This document shows, piece by piece, positions 1 to 9,252 of a stretch of 64,000 bases of DNA. A program made the position numbers and the translations under genes. The notes under the pieces are model-generated. The model was not told where the DNA came from, did not search any database, and worked only from the letters and a program-made list of their open reading frames with translations. Each line of letters opens with the position of its first letter. Within the stretch, counting starts at the first letter, position 1. Source of the DNA: an uncultured Pseudomonadota bacterium (GTDB lineage: Bacteria; Oederibacteriota; Muellerivitia; Muellerivitales; Muellerivitaceae); NCBI GenBank assembly GCA_963836235.1, contig CAWIIP010000002.1:992001-1056000 (forward strand). The letters run 5' to 3'.

Positions 1-1005
1 CAATTGGCGGGCCATATGGCTCACCAATCCCGCCACACGGTCATAAGCCATCCGGGTGGGCCCCAAAACTCCCAAAGCACCCACCACCTGGCCCTGGTAG
101 TAATAAGGTATATGAACAAAAGAAAAACTTCGCAAGGAGGCCTGCGATAATTCCCGGCCGATTTCGACGGCCAATCCCGGCTTGGTCCATTGACGGCCTA
201 GAATTTGGGCTAGGGATTGTTTTTCCTCCACCAATCGGACAACCTGTTCCATCATTTGATAATTATGGAACTCCGGTTGTTCCGTCAAGTAGGAAGCTCC
301 CTCGAGATGGACTTCCTCGCTATCAAATTGGAGAGCGCTCTCGATCAATTTGAGGGCCGTTTCGATTATGCCAAGTTTCGTCTTTTTCACCGACTCCACT
401 TCCCTCAAAAGGCTTTCCCGAATCTGGGACAGGGTCTTTCCGCCAAAACGGGAGTTCAAGAGTTGGGTGATTTTGACAATCTCCTTTAACCCGACTGGCC
501 CCTCTAACCAAACTATTTCTTCTTTTACCAGTCCCTGCCCGAGAACCAGGATGACCATGACCTTCTTTGAATCGATGGCAACGATCTTAAAATGGTCTAG
601 TGAAATTTCTTGGGGCACGTGGAAAACCGCAAGCCCCGCCAGATGGGTCATAGCCGAGAGAATCTTAGCCGTGTGACGCATAAGGGTCTCCACGGCCGCT
701 TTGGACTTTTGGTATTCCTGCTCGATTTGGTTTTTTTCCTTCAGATTCAAAGCCCGCGCCTGCATGAGCCGGTCGACATAGAAACGATAACCCGAATCAA
801 CGGGAATGCGTCCCGCCGAAGTATGGGGGTGGGTGAGATAGCCCCTCTTTTCCAAGTCCACCATGACGTTTCGGATGGTGGCCGAGGAGACATCCATTTT
901 TTCGGCGATCAACTGGGACCCCACCGGCTTGGCGGTGGCCACATATTGGTGGATGACTGAGGAAAGCACGCTTTCTTCCCGTTCATATAATGGTTCAAAA
1001 ACCAT
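1..1005 (-). CDS. hrcA: Heat-inducible transcription repressor HrcA (3' end runs off the window)
   Basis: Manual translation from the ATG at 1005: MVFEPLYERE...YVATAKPVGS...SSATIRNVMVDLEKRGYLTHPHTSAGRIP...GYRFYVD, and GPTRMAYDRV near base 1. AAGGAG RBS upstream. Not in the ORF track because there is no stop codon in the window. Confidence 0.95.
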   Translation of the reverse strand, partial: MVFEPLYEREESVLSSVIHQYVATAKPVGSQLIAEKMDVSSATIRNVMVDLEKRGYLTHPHTSAGRIPVDSGYRFYVDRLMQARALNLKEKNQIEQEYQKSKAAVETLMRHTAKILSAMTHLAGLAVFHVPQEISLDHFKIVAIDSKKVMVILVLGQGLVKEEIVWLEGPVGLKEIVKITQLLNSRFGGKTLSQIRESLLREVESVKKTKLGIIETALKLIESALQFDSEEVHLEGASYLTEQPEFHNYQMMEQVVRLVEEKQSLAQILGRQWTKPGLAVEIGRELSQASLRSFSFVHIPYYYQGQVVGALGVLGPTRMAYDRVAGLVSHMARQL

Positions 1006-1037
1006 AAAACTCAGCTCCTTAAGGTTTCAAGCCCTTC

Positions 1038-1065
1038 ATAATATGTAGGTAAAAAGGAAAGTCAA
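1038..1065 (-). promoter_or_regulatory. Candidate sigma70 promoter for hrcA
   Basis: Minus strand TTGACT-16 nt-TATTAT just upstream of the hrcA RBS. Confidence 0.45.
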
Positions 1066-1090
1066 CGCTGGATCGGGTGGTTAGAACGAG

Positions 1091-2200
1091 TTATGCGGCA
1101 AAAGTTTCCAAAATTCCATTTAAAACAAAATAGCCTTTGGAAGTTAACCTGTAGCGGCCTCCAGTTAAGGTTAGAAAGCCCTCTTTTAATAGTCGGTTGA
1201 GCTTGGCGTTCTTAGCAAAAGCATCGGAATGAATGTACCGATCGGCCTTGGCCTTCTCCACGCCTTCCCGGGTCCGCAATCCCAACATCAAGCTCTCCCA
1301 CTCACGAATGCTGTCGGAAAGATGTTCCAGTTGAAGAACTTCCCTTCCCTTCTGAATCCGGTCGATATATTCCATCAGGTCATCCCCGTGGCTATGTCTC
1401 AATCCGCCCACGGTTCCGACCGCCGAAAGCCCGAAACCCCAATAATCTTCCCCCCGCCAGATGTTCCAGTTGTGGCGGCAGGCCCTGTCAGGCTTGGCGA
1501 AATTGGAAACCTCATACTGTTCAAACCCCCGTTGGGCGAGATAGTCCTGGGCCCAGGCATATTCATCGGCCACCTCATCCTCGCTGGGAAGCGGCAACCC
1601 TTCGGTAACCTGTTTTGCCAAAGGAGTCCCTTCTTCCACCTGGAGGGCGTAAAGGGATAGATGCTCAGGGTTCAAGGCTACGACCTTCCGGAGAGATTCC
1701 TGAAACATAGCTAAAGTCTGTCCAGATAAGCCGAACATGAGATCAAGATTGATATTATCAAACCCCGCTTGCCGAGCATCGACGAAGGCCTTCTCCACCC
1801 GGTCCCACTCATGACCCCGGCCCAATTTTTTTAAGATCTCTTTTTGGAACGCCTGTGCCCCGAAGCTAAGGCGGTTGACTCCGAGCCAGCGGTAGCTTTG
1901 AAGCCTTTCACGGTCTACGGTTTCGGGATTGGCTTCCATAGAAATTTCAACCGAATCTTCAAAACCCGCTTTTCCCCGAAGAGCCCCAAGTACTTGTCCC
2001 AGCTTCTGCGGCAATAGCAAAGAAGGGGTTCCCCCGCCAAAATAAATGGTTTCTAGCGAATCCCTTAAGGACGAGGAAGCAATCTCTTTACAAACGGCAT
2101 CTACATAGTTCGACATCTTTCCTTCCAGACCGGCAAAAGAAGTAAAGTCGCAGTAGCTACAAATGGAACTACAAAAAGGAATGTGGACGTATGCGTTCAA
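1091..2200 (-). CDS. hemW: Radical SAM heme chaperone HemW
   Basis: YVHIPFCSSICSYCDF (CxxxCxxC), YFGGGTPS, YEVSNFA and HNWNIW motifs; conserved lepA-hemW-hrcA context. Confidence 0.92.
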   Translation of the reverse strand: MNAYVHIPFCSSICSYCDFTSFAGLEGKMSNYVDAVCKEIASSSLRDSLETIYFGGGTPSLLLPQKLGQVLGALRGKAGFEDSVEISMEANPETVDRERLQSYRWLGVNRLSFGAQAFQKEILKKLGRGHEWDRVEKAFVDARQAGFDNINLDLMFGLSGQTLAMFQESLRKVVALNPEHLSLYALQVEEGTPLAKQVTEGLPLPSEDEVADEYAWAQDYLAQRGFEQYEVSNFAKPDRACRHNWNIWRGEDYWGFGLSAVGTVGGLRHSHGDDLMEYIDRIQKGREVLQLEHLSDSIREWESLMLGLRTREGVEKAKADRYIHSDAFAKNAKLNRLLKEGFLTLTGGRYRLTSKGYFVLNGILETFAA

Positions 2201-2224
2201 CTTAACACCTCATTAAATGACGGC

Positions 2225-2947
2225 TCAATGAACGAAATGGAACATCCGGCGGAAATCGGGAATAAAATCATTACTGTGCCAGTAAACAAACCAAGCCTTT
2301 CCCTTTATCATTTTCTCATCCAACTGTCCCCAATAACGGGAGTCGTAACTGTTGTCCCGATTGTCCCCCATCATGAAGTAATGGCCGGGTTGGATCGTAA
2401 CAGGGCCGAAGTTAACTTTGACCGAATCCGGTCCATCCTGAGCCACTGCCATCATCGGTGTCATGATGTGTTTGACGTAAGGCTCGACCTGTTTTTCCCC
2501 GTTGATAAAAAGCTCAGCGTTTCTTAATTCCAGCACGTCCCCCGGCGTTCCCATGCAACGCTTGATGAAGTCCTTGGAAGGGTCTTCCGGAAATACGAAA
2601 ACCACGATGTCTTTTCTTTTGGGCTTTTCGAATTCCAGGAACCGGGCGGTTTTGTTCAGGAAGGAATAGCCATATTCAAACTTATTGACCAAGATGTAAT
2701 CCCCCACCAAAAGTGTGTCTTCCATGGAACCGGAAGGGATGGTAAAAGGTTGGATAAGTACGGCCTTTAGGGACAGGGCTACAGCCATGGCGATCCAGAA
2801 AGAATCGATGGTTTCAACCGCATTCGCGTAAGCCGGATTTTTGCGGAAAGAGGGAATTAACCATCGGATCACAATTTGGACAAGGGTAAAAACCCCAAAG
2901 AGGATCCAAAGGATAGAGTTCAAATTCTCCATAATGTTCATTTCCAA
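2225..2947 (-). CDS. lepB: Signal peptidase I
   Basis: IPSGSMEDTL (catalytic Ser), DFIKRCMG (catalytic Lys), MGDNRDNSYDSRYWG; follows lepA. Confidence 0.95.
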   Translation of the reverse strand: MEMNIMENLNSILWILFGVFTLVQIVIRWLIPSFRKNPAYANAVETIDSFWIAMAVALSLKAVLIQPFTIPSGSMEDTLLVGDYILVNKFEYGYSFLNKTARFLEFEKPKRKDIVVFVFPEDPSKDFIKRCMGTPGDVLELRNAELFINGEKQVEPYVKHIMTPMMAVAQDGPDSVKVNFGPVTIQPGHYFMMGDNRDNSYDSRYWGQLDEKMIKGKAWFVYWHSNDFIPDFRRMFHFVH

Positions 2948-2979
2948 ATTCCTTTCAAATTTGCTGTCATTTCGAGCCC

Positions 2980-3034
2980 TTCGACTTTGCTCACTGTAGG
3001 GGATGAAGACTTCAACCTACGGAAGTTTGTCGAA
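2980..3034. repeat. Nested imperfect inverted repeat (REP-like hairpin) between lepA and lepB
   Basis: TTCGAC...GTAGG..TGAAG-A-CTTCA.CCTAC...GTCGAA. Confidence 0.4.
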
Positions 3035-3070
3035 CCCGTTTAAATAAGTCTTTTATCAACCCTTGAAGTT

Positions 3071-4870
3071 TTACTCCTCGACTTTCAACACTGCCATAAA
3101 AGCTTCCTGTGGTATTTCGACGCTCCCGATGGACTTCATGCGCTTCTTTCCCTCTTTTTGTTTGTCCAAAAGCTTGCGTTTGCGTGAAATATCGCCCCCA
3201 TAACACTTGGCCAAAACGTCTTTCCGGCGGGCCCGGACCGTTTCCCGGGCGATGATCTTACCGCCGATGGCCGCCTGGATGGGCACCTCGAAAAGTTGTT
3301 GAGGGATAATTTCTTTCAGCTTTTCGGCGATCCCCCGGCCTCGGATTTCAGCCTTGTCCCGGTGAACCATGAAAGAAAGGGCGTCTACCGGTTCATTGTT
3401 CAGAAGGATATCCACTTTCACCACTTCCCCGACCTTGTATCCAATGGGTTCGTAATCCAACGACGCGTAACCCTTAGTGCAACTCTTGAGTTTGTCAAAG
3501 AAATCCATCACTACCTCAGCCAAGGGAAGCTCATAGGTAATAACCGCCCGGCTGGTATCCAGGAAATTCGTGTTTTTATGCAGGCCCCGCCGTTCCTGGC
3601 AAAGTGTCATGACCGAGCCGATATAGTCGGCGGGTACAATAATCTTGGCGTCAATGTAGGGCTCCTCAATTTCTTCGATTTCCGTGGGTCCGGGTAATTT
3701 GGAAGGATTGTCGATCGTAAAAGTTTCCCCGTTTGTCTTCTTGACCCGATAAACCACGCTGGGAGCGGTTGCGATAAGGTTGAGGTTATATTCCCTTTCC
3801 AGCCTTTCTTGCACAATTTCCATATGCAAAAGACCCAAAAATCCGCAACGAAACCCAAAAGACAAGGCCAAGGAAGTTTCGGGTTCATAAGAGAGCGCGG
3901 CATCAGAGAGTTTTAGTTTGGACAGGGCTTCCTTTAAGTCGTCATATTCATCCGAATTCACGGGGTAAAGCCCGCAAAAAACCATGGGGAGCACATCCTT
4001 AAAATCGGGAAGCGCCGCCGCCGTGGGGCGGATTTCATCGGTGATGGTATCCCCCACCTTGGCGTCTCGCACTTCCTTGACATTTGCGGCCACGTAACCG
4101 ACTTCGCCTGCCGCGAGCCTCTCGGTTTTTTCCATCTTGGGCTTGAAGACGCCCACTTCCTCCACCTCGAAGACTTTTCCGGTGGACATGAGTTTCATTT
4201 TACTTCCCTTGGCGATAGAACCATTCAAGAGCCGCACGAAGATGATGACCCCTCGGTAGATGTCGTACATAGAATCAAAAATGAGGCCCTTGAGCGGTTC
4301 GGCGGGTTCTCCCGTGGGAGGCGGCACCCGCTTCACGACCGCTTCCAGTATTTCCTCGATACCCAAACCCTCTTTAGCCGAGGCCGATATGGCTTCCTCC
4401 CCGGGTATGGCAAGCGATTCTTCCATTTGCTTCTTACAGCGCTCCACATCGGCGGCCGGCAGGTCGATTTTGTTGATGACGGGGACGATGGTTAGCTTTT
4501 GATCAAAGGCCAGAAAAGCATTCGCCAAGGTTTGAGCCTCGACCCCTTGGGAAGCATCAATGAGGAGTAACGCTCCCTCGCAGGCCTTAAGGCTCCGGGA
4601 AACCTCATAATTGAAGTCCACATGGCCCGGGGTATCAATCAAATTCATCTCATATTTTTGGCCATCCTTAGCCTTGTAGAAAAAACGCACCGCTTTGGCC
4701 TTGATGGTGATGCCCCGTTCCCGTTCCAAATCCATCTGATCCATCAATTGGGCTCGCATTTCCCGGGGCGGGATGGCCCCGGTAAACTCCAAAAGGCGGT
4801 CGGCAAGCGTGCTTTTACCGTGGTCGATATGGGCGATAATGCAGAAATTTCGGATATGCGAAAGCAACAA
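3071..4870 (-). CDS. lepA: Translation elongation factor 4 (LepA)
   Basis: [32 protein letters not shown] and C-terminal [19 protein letters not shown]. Confidence 0.98.
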   Translation of the reverse strand: MLLSHIRNFCIIAHIDHGKSTLADRLLEFTGAIPPREMRAQLMDQMDLERERGITIKAKAVRFFYKAKDGQKYEMNLIDTPGHVDFNYEVSRSLKACEGALLLIDASQGVEAQTLANAFLAFDQKLTIVPVINKIDLPAADVERCKKQMEESLAIPGEEAISASAKEGLGIEEILEAVVKRVPPPTGEPAEPLKGLIFDSMYDIYRGVIIFVRLLNGSIAKGSKMKLMSTGKVFEVEEVGVFKPKMEKTERLAAGEVGYVAANVKEVRDAKVGDTITDEIRPTAAALPDFKDVLPMVFCGLYPVNSDEYDDLKEALSKLKLSDAALSYEPETSLALSFGFRCGFLGLLHMEIVQERLEREYNLNLIATAPSVVYRVKKTNGETFTIDNPSKLPGPTEIEEIEEPYIDAKIIVPADYIGSVMTLCQERRGLHKNTNFLDTSRAVITYELPLAEVVMDFFDKLKSCTKGYASLDYEPIGYKVGEVVKVDILLNNEPVDALSFMVHRDKAEIRGRGIAEKLKEIIPQQLFEVPIQAAIGGKIIARETVRARRKDVLAKCYGGDISRKRKLLDKQKEGKKRMKSIGSVEIPQEAFMAVLKVEE

Positions 4871-4992
4871 AACGGGTTTCCTTTTTTAATAGGTTTTAAA
4901 GGGGGCTTAGTATAGCAGGATGTTTTAAAAGTCCAATGCGGGCTGTTTTTGGAACAGGACGGGAGTAATAATTCAAAACCGTTCGTTTAAAT

Positions 4993-5026
4993 AAAAAAGC
5001 AGCTTGCCTTACGGAAAGCCGCCTTT
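4993..5026 (-). terminator. Intrinsic terminator closing the OMP/lipoprotein operon
   Basis: Minus strand GCGGCTTTCC-GTAA-GGCAAGCTGC followed by TTTTTT, 12 nt after the stop at 5039. Confidence 0.65.
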
Positions 5027-5038
5027 ACTTTTTATCCA

Positions 5039-5896
5039 TCAATAAAACTGAACGTTATCAAACCAGAAATCGGTGTAAGTCGTCGAGCCCGCTCCATTAT
5101 CCCCGAACTTCCACAAAAGAAAAAGAACCTGTTTCTCAAACATGGGATTGGAGAGAAAAGCCGTGTTTTGATAATTTCCATAACCCGCATCCGTTTTGAA
5201 GCTGCTAAAAAGAAAGCTCACGGGTTTCCAACCGTCATTGACCGCGGGGTTCGTGGCCGGAAGATTAGCGGAAGTCCAAAAATAGTTGTAACAATTATTG
5301 CTAAAGTTTGGCGGACAAGTCCCTCCCTGATCGGTCGTGGGTGGAACCATGGGAGCGGATGCGATAGCAAACCGCTTTTGGGGATTATTGTCTCCTACCG
5401 TCACTCCCCCGGCCGTGCTATAGGGAAGTATTTTGACATCGAAGCGGATTCCGGTAAAAGAGGTTTGGGTCAGATCATAGTAGGGATTCGCGGCGTCATT
5501 TTTCATGAATCCGAAAACTTCCATAGCTGGATAGGTTGTTGGCAGGGGGTCGGTCTGCGGCCCGTAAATATGGACCGCATAAGCGCTTCCATCGCCTGGA
5601 TTAGGTATCAGGATATCGGGATTTTGGCTTCCATCGATCAAGTTGGCATGGCCTGCGGCACCACCATAGGTTTCCGAAAGGAAGTAGCCGCCATCGCCAT
5701 TTAAAAGAGTGGGGTTCATATTGAGCGTACCATTACTAAAATCGCTGATCACGCCTGAAGGCAAGGGAGTTGGGACGACCGCTGGTATGGCCGGCAGGGT
5801 TCCTTTACATCCCCCGGATAATAAGGCCATGGACAAAACAAGCAGGGTCAAAACCCCAAACCCAATCCATTTTTTTTTCATGAAAAACCCCCTCAC
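5039..5896 (-). CDS. Lipoprotein with CBM11/CIA30-like carbohydrate-binding beta-sandwich (paralog 3)
   Basis: Lipobox LLSGGC; ISDFSNG, YYDLTQTSFTGIRF, GGTC...CYNYF and C-terminal DFWFDNVQFY, shared with 5922..6827 and 14275..15051. Confidence 0.7.
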   Translation of the reverse strand: MRGFFMKKKWIGFGVLTLLVLSMALLSGGCKGTLPAIPAVVPTPLPSGVISDFSNGTLNMNPTLLNGDGGYFLSETYGGAAGHANLIDGSQNPDILIPNPGDGSAYAVHIYGPQTDPLPTTYPAMEVFGFMKNDAANPYYDLTQTSFTGIRFDVKILPYSTAGGVTVGDNNPQKRFAIASAPMVPPTTDQGGTCPPNFSNNCYNYFWTSANLPATNPAVNDGWKPVSFLFSSFKTDAGYGNYQNTAFLSNPMFEKQVLFLLWKFGDNGAGSTTYTDFWFDNVQFY

Positions 5897-5921
5897 GCCA
5901 TTAACTTAAGTCTACCACGAA

Positions 5922-6827
5922 TCAATAAAACTCTACCTGATCTATCCAAAGGTCAAGGGTACAGGTTCCCGGAGAATTATTGCGCCCTTCTTCCCATTGA
6001 AGCCAAAGTACCTGTTGAAGATTTACTCCGCTCAAAGTGGGTGGATTGGGTATAGCGCCCGCCACCAATTGGTGAAGGTCGCTGAATAGGTAGTTAAACT
6101 GTTTCCACTCCCCCCCAGTACCAGCGCTGTAATCAGCCGCAAAATGGTCGTAGCAAAGCTTTGGTCCCGCTGTACAGCCGCCGCCGCCCGCCACGGCCTG
6201 GGTCTGATAGACCGGAATGGAAAAAGTCCGGTGCAACGCGGTATCCCCAGGGCCAACCTTCATCATAAACTTGACCCCCGTCCAAGCACTCGCGTCATAA
6301 AAATTTCCTCCCTCGAATTGGGCTTGAAGGTCGACGGAGGGATATTCAAAATCTCCCAGGTCAGTAACGGCCCCATTCTCATGAAAGGCGTACCCGTCCC
6401 CGTTTGCTCCGAGGAAATCCGCGTCACTGCCGATAGTGACAAACGCGGAAATCGAACTATTCCATAGTATCGCTTGAAGTCCTGGCCCCTGGACGTTGCC
6501 TGTAGTAACGGCTTTCGCTAAGGTTGGAAAATTATTTATCACCATAAAAGCTGCCTTATTTGTGGAAGTAACAAGGGGAGGTTCATCTTTTAAGGTATAA
6601 GTAGGTGGGTTATTCAACTCGAACAGATTGCTATTAATATATTGCCATTCGTTGGAATTAAACTGATCTATCCGGCTCTGGTTATTGACCGCAGCGGGCA
6701 TGTTATAAGCTCCTACCGGAGCGGCACTGCTGTTGCATCCCAGAATGAGTGTAATACTGGCGGACGCAAGAACCCCAGCCAAGGCGAGAACCCAGGTTTT
6801 CGACAATAAATTAAAATTGGATGGCAT
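5922..6827 (-). CDS. Lipoprotein with CBM11/CIA30-like domain (paralog 2)
   Basis: Lipobox LILGC; FYDASAWTGVKF, GGGC...CYDHF, DLWIDQVEFY; start overlaps the upstream OMP gene by 17 nt. Confidence 0.7.
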   Translation of the reverse strand: MPSNFNLLSKTWVLALAGVLASASITLILGCNSSAAPVGAYNMPAAVNNQSRIDQFNSNEWQYINSNLFELNNPPTYTLKDEPPLVTSTNKAAFMVINNFPTLAKAVTTGNVQGPGLQAILWNSSISAFVTIGSDADFLGANGDGYAFHENGAVTDLGDFEYPSVDLQAQFEGGNFYDASAWTGVKFMMKVGPGDTALHRTFSIPVYQTQAVAGGGGCTAGPKLCYDHFAADYSAGTGGEWKQFNYLFSDLHQLVAGAIPNPPTLSGVNLQQVLWLQWEEGRNNSPGTCTLDLWIDQVEFY

Positions 6828-9252
6828 AGGTCACCTCCATGAATTGGTTATATAAAGTCCCCGGCAGGGCCTGCCCCACGTAAGGGAGTGCGTTGCCCCA
6901 AGTTAACCCGTAGTCGAAATAAAGCGTGGAGTTCCGGTCCATTCGGAAATCTTCCGAAAGCTTCCAGCTTTGGCGGCTGCCGTTGATATTGAAAGCCGTA
7001 TAGCCCACGCTTAAATCCGTATTATCGAATTGATAAGCGTAACGGGCCAAAGTCGTCCCTCCATAACCAGCCTCGGTACCGTTGATCTGTTCGACTCCGA
7101 AGGAAGCCGCCGTTTCCCACCAGGAGAATATTTCCGCCTGAATCCCGCCCAAAATCCAGTCGCTGGTCAGGGACCCGATGGCGCTGCTGGTTTGTTCATA
7201 CCGCACGTTGAACCCGATTTCTAGGTCGCCCGGAAGCCCGGTTGAGGGCGCCAAGTTGAACGAAGGCCCAATATTTACGTATTTAAAAGTACGCATCGGG
7301 TTAGGCACTCCCGCCACCGCGTCCACCGACACATAGCCCGTAGCTGGCAGGTTCACTACAAGGTTATCATTGATTTCCTGGACAAAGTAGACCGAGCCTG
7401 GAATTTTCAAGGCGTCCTTGTCCGTGGCTTTCACGTCAAAATCAAACCCGATCCCCTCTCGGTTGGGAGTCGCCAACCCGTAAGGGAAGGTATTGTCCTG
7501 GGTCCGGTCGTAAAAACCGAAAATACCACCGGCCCGGGGAACGTTGGAAAGAAAGAACTGGCTGCGAAGAGGAACGGATAAAAGATCCGGCGTGGCGGCG
7601 CCGTTGTAGAGGGACGCCGATCCCGGTTGGATGTCATCCTGGCGGGTCTGGGCCAAAGGAGAAAAATAGTTGGGGCCAACGTTCAAGTAATTAAAGGTGA
7701 TTTTGGAATGCCCAAAACGGAAATAAGGGCCGGCGAGGATGGCGTAATCGCTGACATCAGTTGAAGGATTCATCTTGTCGTCTTTGTAAGTGGAGAAAGC
7801 CCCTTCCCAAGTACCGCCAAACCCAGCGTCACCTTGTAATCCCACATCGAACGAAGGTTTGAAGCTGGAAATGACATATTGGTGGGCCCAGGTGGTTGGA
7901 TTAAAAGGCGAGTAGGGCGATCCCGGCTGCTCGCTGTAAATCGGCTCATCCAGCATAATCCCGTAGGCGTCGAGGGCCAATTGGAGCGAGAACCCGCCCA
8001 GGTACCAGCGCTTCAATTTAACTTCAGTATTGGCGGCGAAGATCCAATCGGTAAAATCCCCCGGGCCAAAGTAACTGCCCCCGCTGGCGTTATCGTTGAA
8101 CCCGCTGCGGATCATATTAGCCATGCCACCGACCTTGAAACGGTCGATAAAGGAGGAATCGGGCCAAAGAATATCCGTGCCGATCCTGAGACCCCTAAAG
8201 GGCCAATTGGGCTCGTCGTTCAGGAAGCTTTCGTATTTCGTGAAGTCATCTTCCCTCGCGATCATTTCGGGTTTGTAGCGCAAGTCCAGGTTATCCCTGT
8301 TCCACATCGTGAGCGGGGTATAGGACTCGTTGAAGTCTCCGACCGTGGCCGAAAGCCAGGGTGGGTTGAACTCCATATTAATTCGCCGGGCGACAAGCGA
8401 ATCGATTCCGACATTTGCGTCGGACTCAAAGGCCGATTCATAACGGATGATGGCATCCCACCGGATCTGTTTATCCACGATACCCACCGGTTCAAAATCA
8501 AGAAAGCCGAGGGCTGAGCGGGAGGAAGGGGTTAGGAACGAAAGTGCCTGGCTGTCACCATAATATTGCTGGGAGATCCCATAGGCCCTTCCCAACCCGT
8601 GCCAGCTGATAGTGGGATATTCGGTGATACCCATAATCCGCTTCCAAAGGTCATATTGCTTATTTTCCAGGTCGGCCTGGCGGTCCTGAAGGGACTTCAT
8701 ATCGCCCTGCACTCTTTTTAATTCATATTGATAGGCCTCTTCCAAACTGGACAAAGTGGCTTCGGCCTTGATCAGATCGTCCTGGCTTTCACTTTTGATT
8801 GGAGAAACGTAGGAAGGTGTGGCTGTAGGAACGGCAACGGCCGGAACCTCGGTCGGGGAAGCCGCCACAACAGGCGCTGGAAGTGGAGCCGATGGAGGAA
8901 CTGCTACTTCAGGAACCGCGGGAGGCGCCGGAGCGGCCGCGGGGCTTGAGGCGGAGGGAGCCGAGTTATCCGATGCCGGAGGCGGGGGGATGTCATCCGC
9001 CTGTGCCAATACAATTTCCTTCAGGTTCTCCCGAGCTTGAAAAACCAATCCAGCTACCTCCATTCGGGTCAAGGGAGCGGGAGAATTTTCGGTGGGCAGC
9101 AGGCCCGCCTGTTCCAACTGTTCAAGCTGGGCATAAGTGGGATCCCCTGTCGGGACTACCGGTGACGATCCGACGCCGGGAACCGTGGACGCCAAGGCGC
9201 CGGTCCCGAGGGCCATCAGGAGGAAAAGGTAAAGTTTAGAAATGCGCTTCAT
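6811..9252 (-). CDS. Large outer-membrane protein, SLH-like + coiled coil + putative beta-barrel (OmpM/SlpA-like, paralog C)
   Basis: Signal peptide; DPTYAQLEQLEQAGLL...LTRMEVAGLV (SLH-like); Pro/Ala linker; heptad segment LSSLEEAYQYELKRV; ends EVTYAIQF (BAM-type terminal Phe). Confidence 0.7.
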   Translation of the reverse strand: MKRISKLYLFLLMALGTGALASTVPGVGSSPVVPTGDPTYAQLEQLEQAGLLPTENSPAPLTRMEVAGLVFQARENLKEIVLAQADDIPPPPASDNSAPSASSPAAAPAPPAVPEVAVPPSAPLPAPVVAASPTEVPAVAVPTATPSYVSPIKSESQDDLIKAEATLSSLEEAYQYELKRVQGDMKSLQDRQADLENKQYDLWKRIMGITEYPTISWHGLGRAYGISQQYYGDSQALSFLTPSSRSALGFLDFEPVGIVDKQIRWDAIIRYESAFESDANVGIDSLVARRINMEFNPPWLSATVGDFNESYTPLTMWNRDNLDLRYKPEMIAREDDFTKYESFLNDEPNWPFRGLRIGTDILWPDSSFIDRFKVGGMANMIRSGFNDNASGGSYFGPGDFTDWIFAANTEVKLKRWYLGGFSLQLALDAYGIMLDEPIYSEQPGSPYSPFNPTTWAHQYVISSFKPSFDVGLQGDAGFGGTWEGAFSTYKDDKMNPSTDVSDYAILAGPYFRFGHSKITFNYLNVGPNYFSPLAQTRQDDIQPGSASLYNGAATPDLLSVPLRSQFFLSNVPRAGGIFGFYDRTQDNTFPYGLATPNREGIGFDFDVKATDKDALKIPGSVYFVQEINDNLVVNLPATGYVSVDAVAGVPNPMRTFKYVNIGPSFNLAPSTGLPGDLEIGFNVRYEQTSSAIGSLTSDWILGGIQAEIFSWWETAASFGVEQINGTEAGYGGTTLARYAYQFDNTDLSVGYTAFNINGSRQSWKLSEDFRMDRNSTLYFDYGLTWGNALPYVGQALPGTLYNQFMEVTYAIQF

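Noticed and set aside
1006-1090. CIRCE element upstream of hrcA
   Set aside because: No TTAGCACTC-N9-GAGTGCTAA or close variant is visible.
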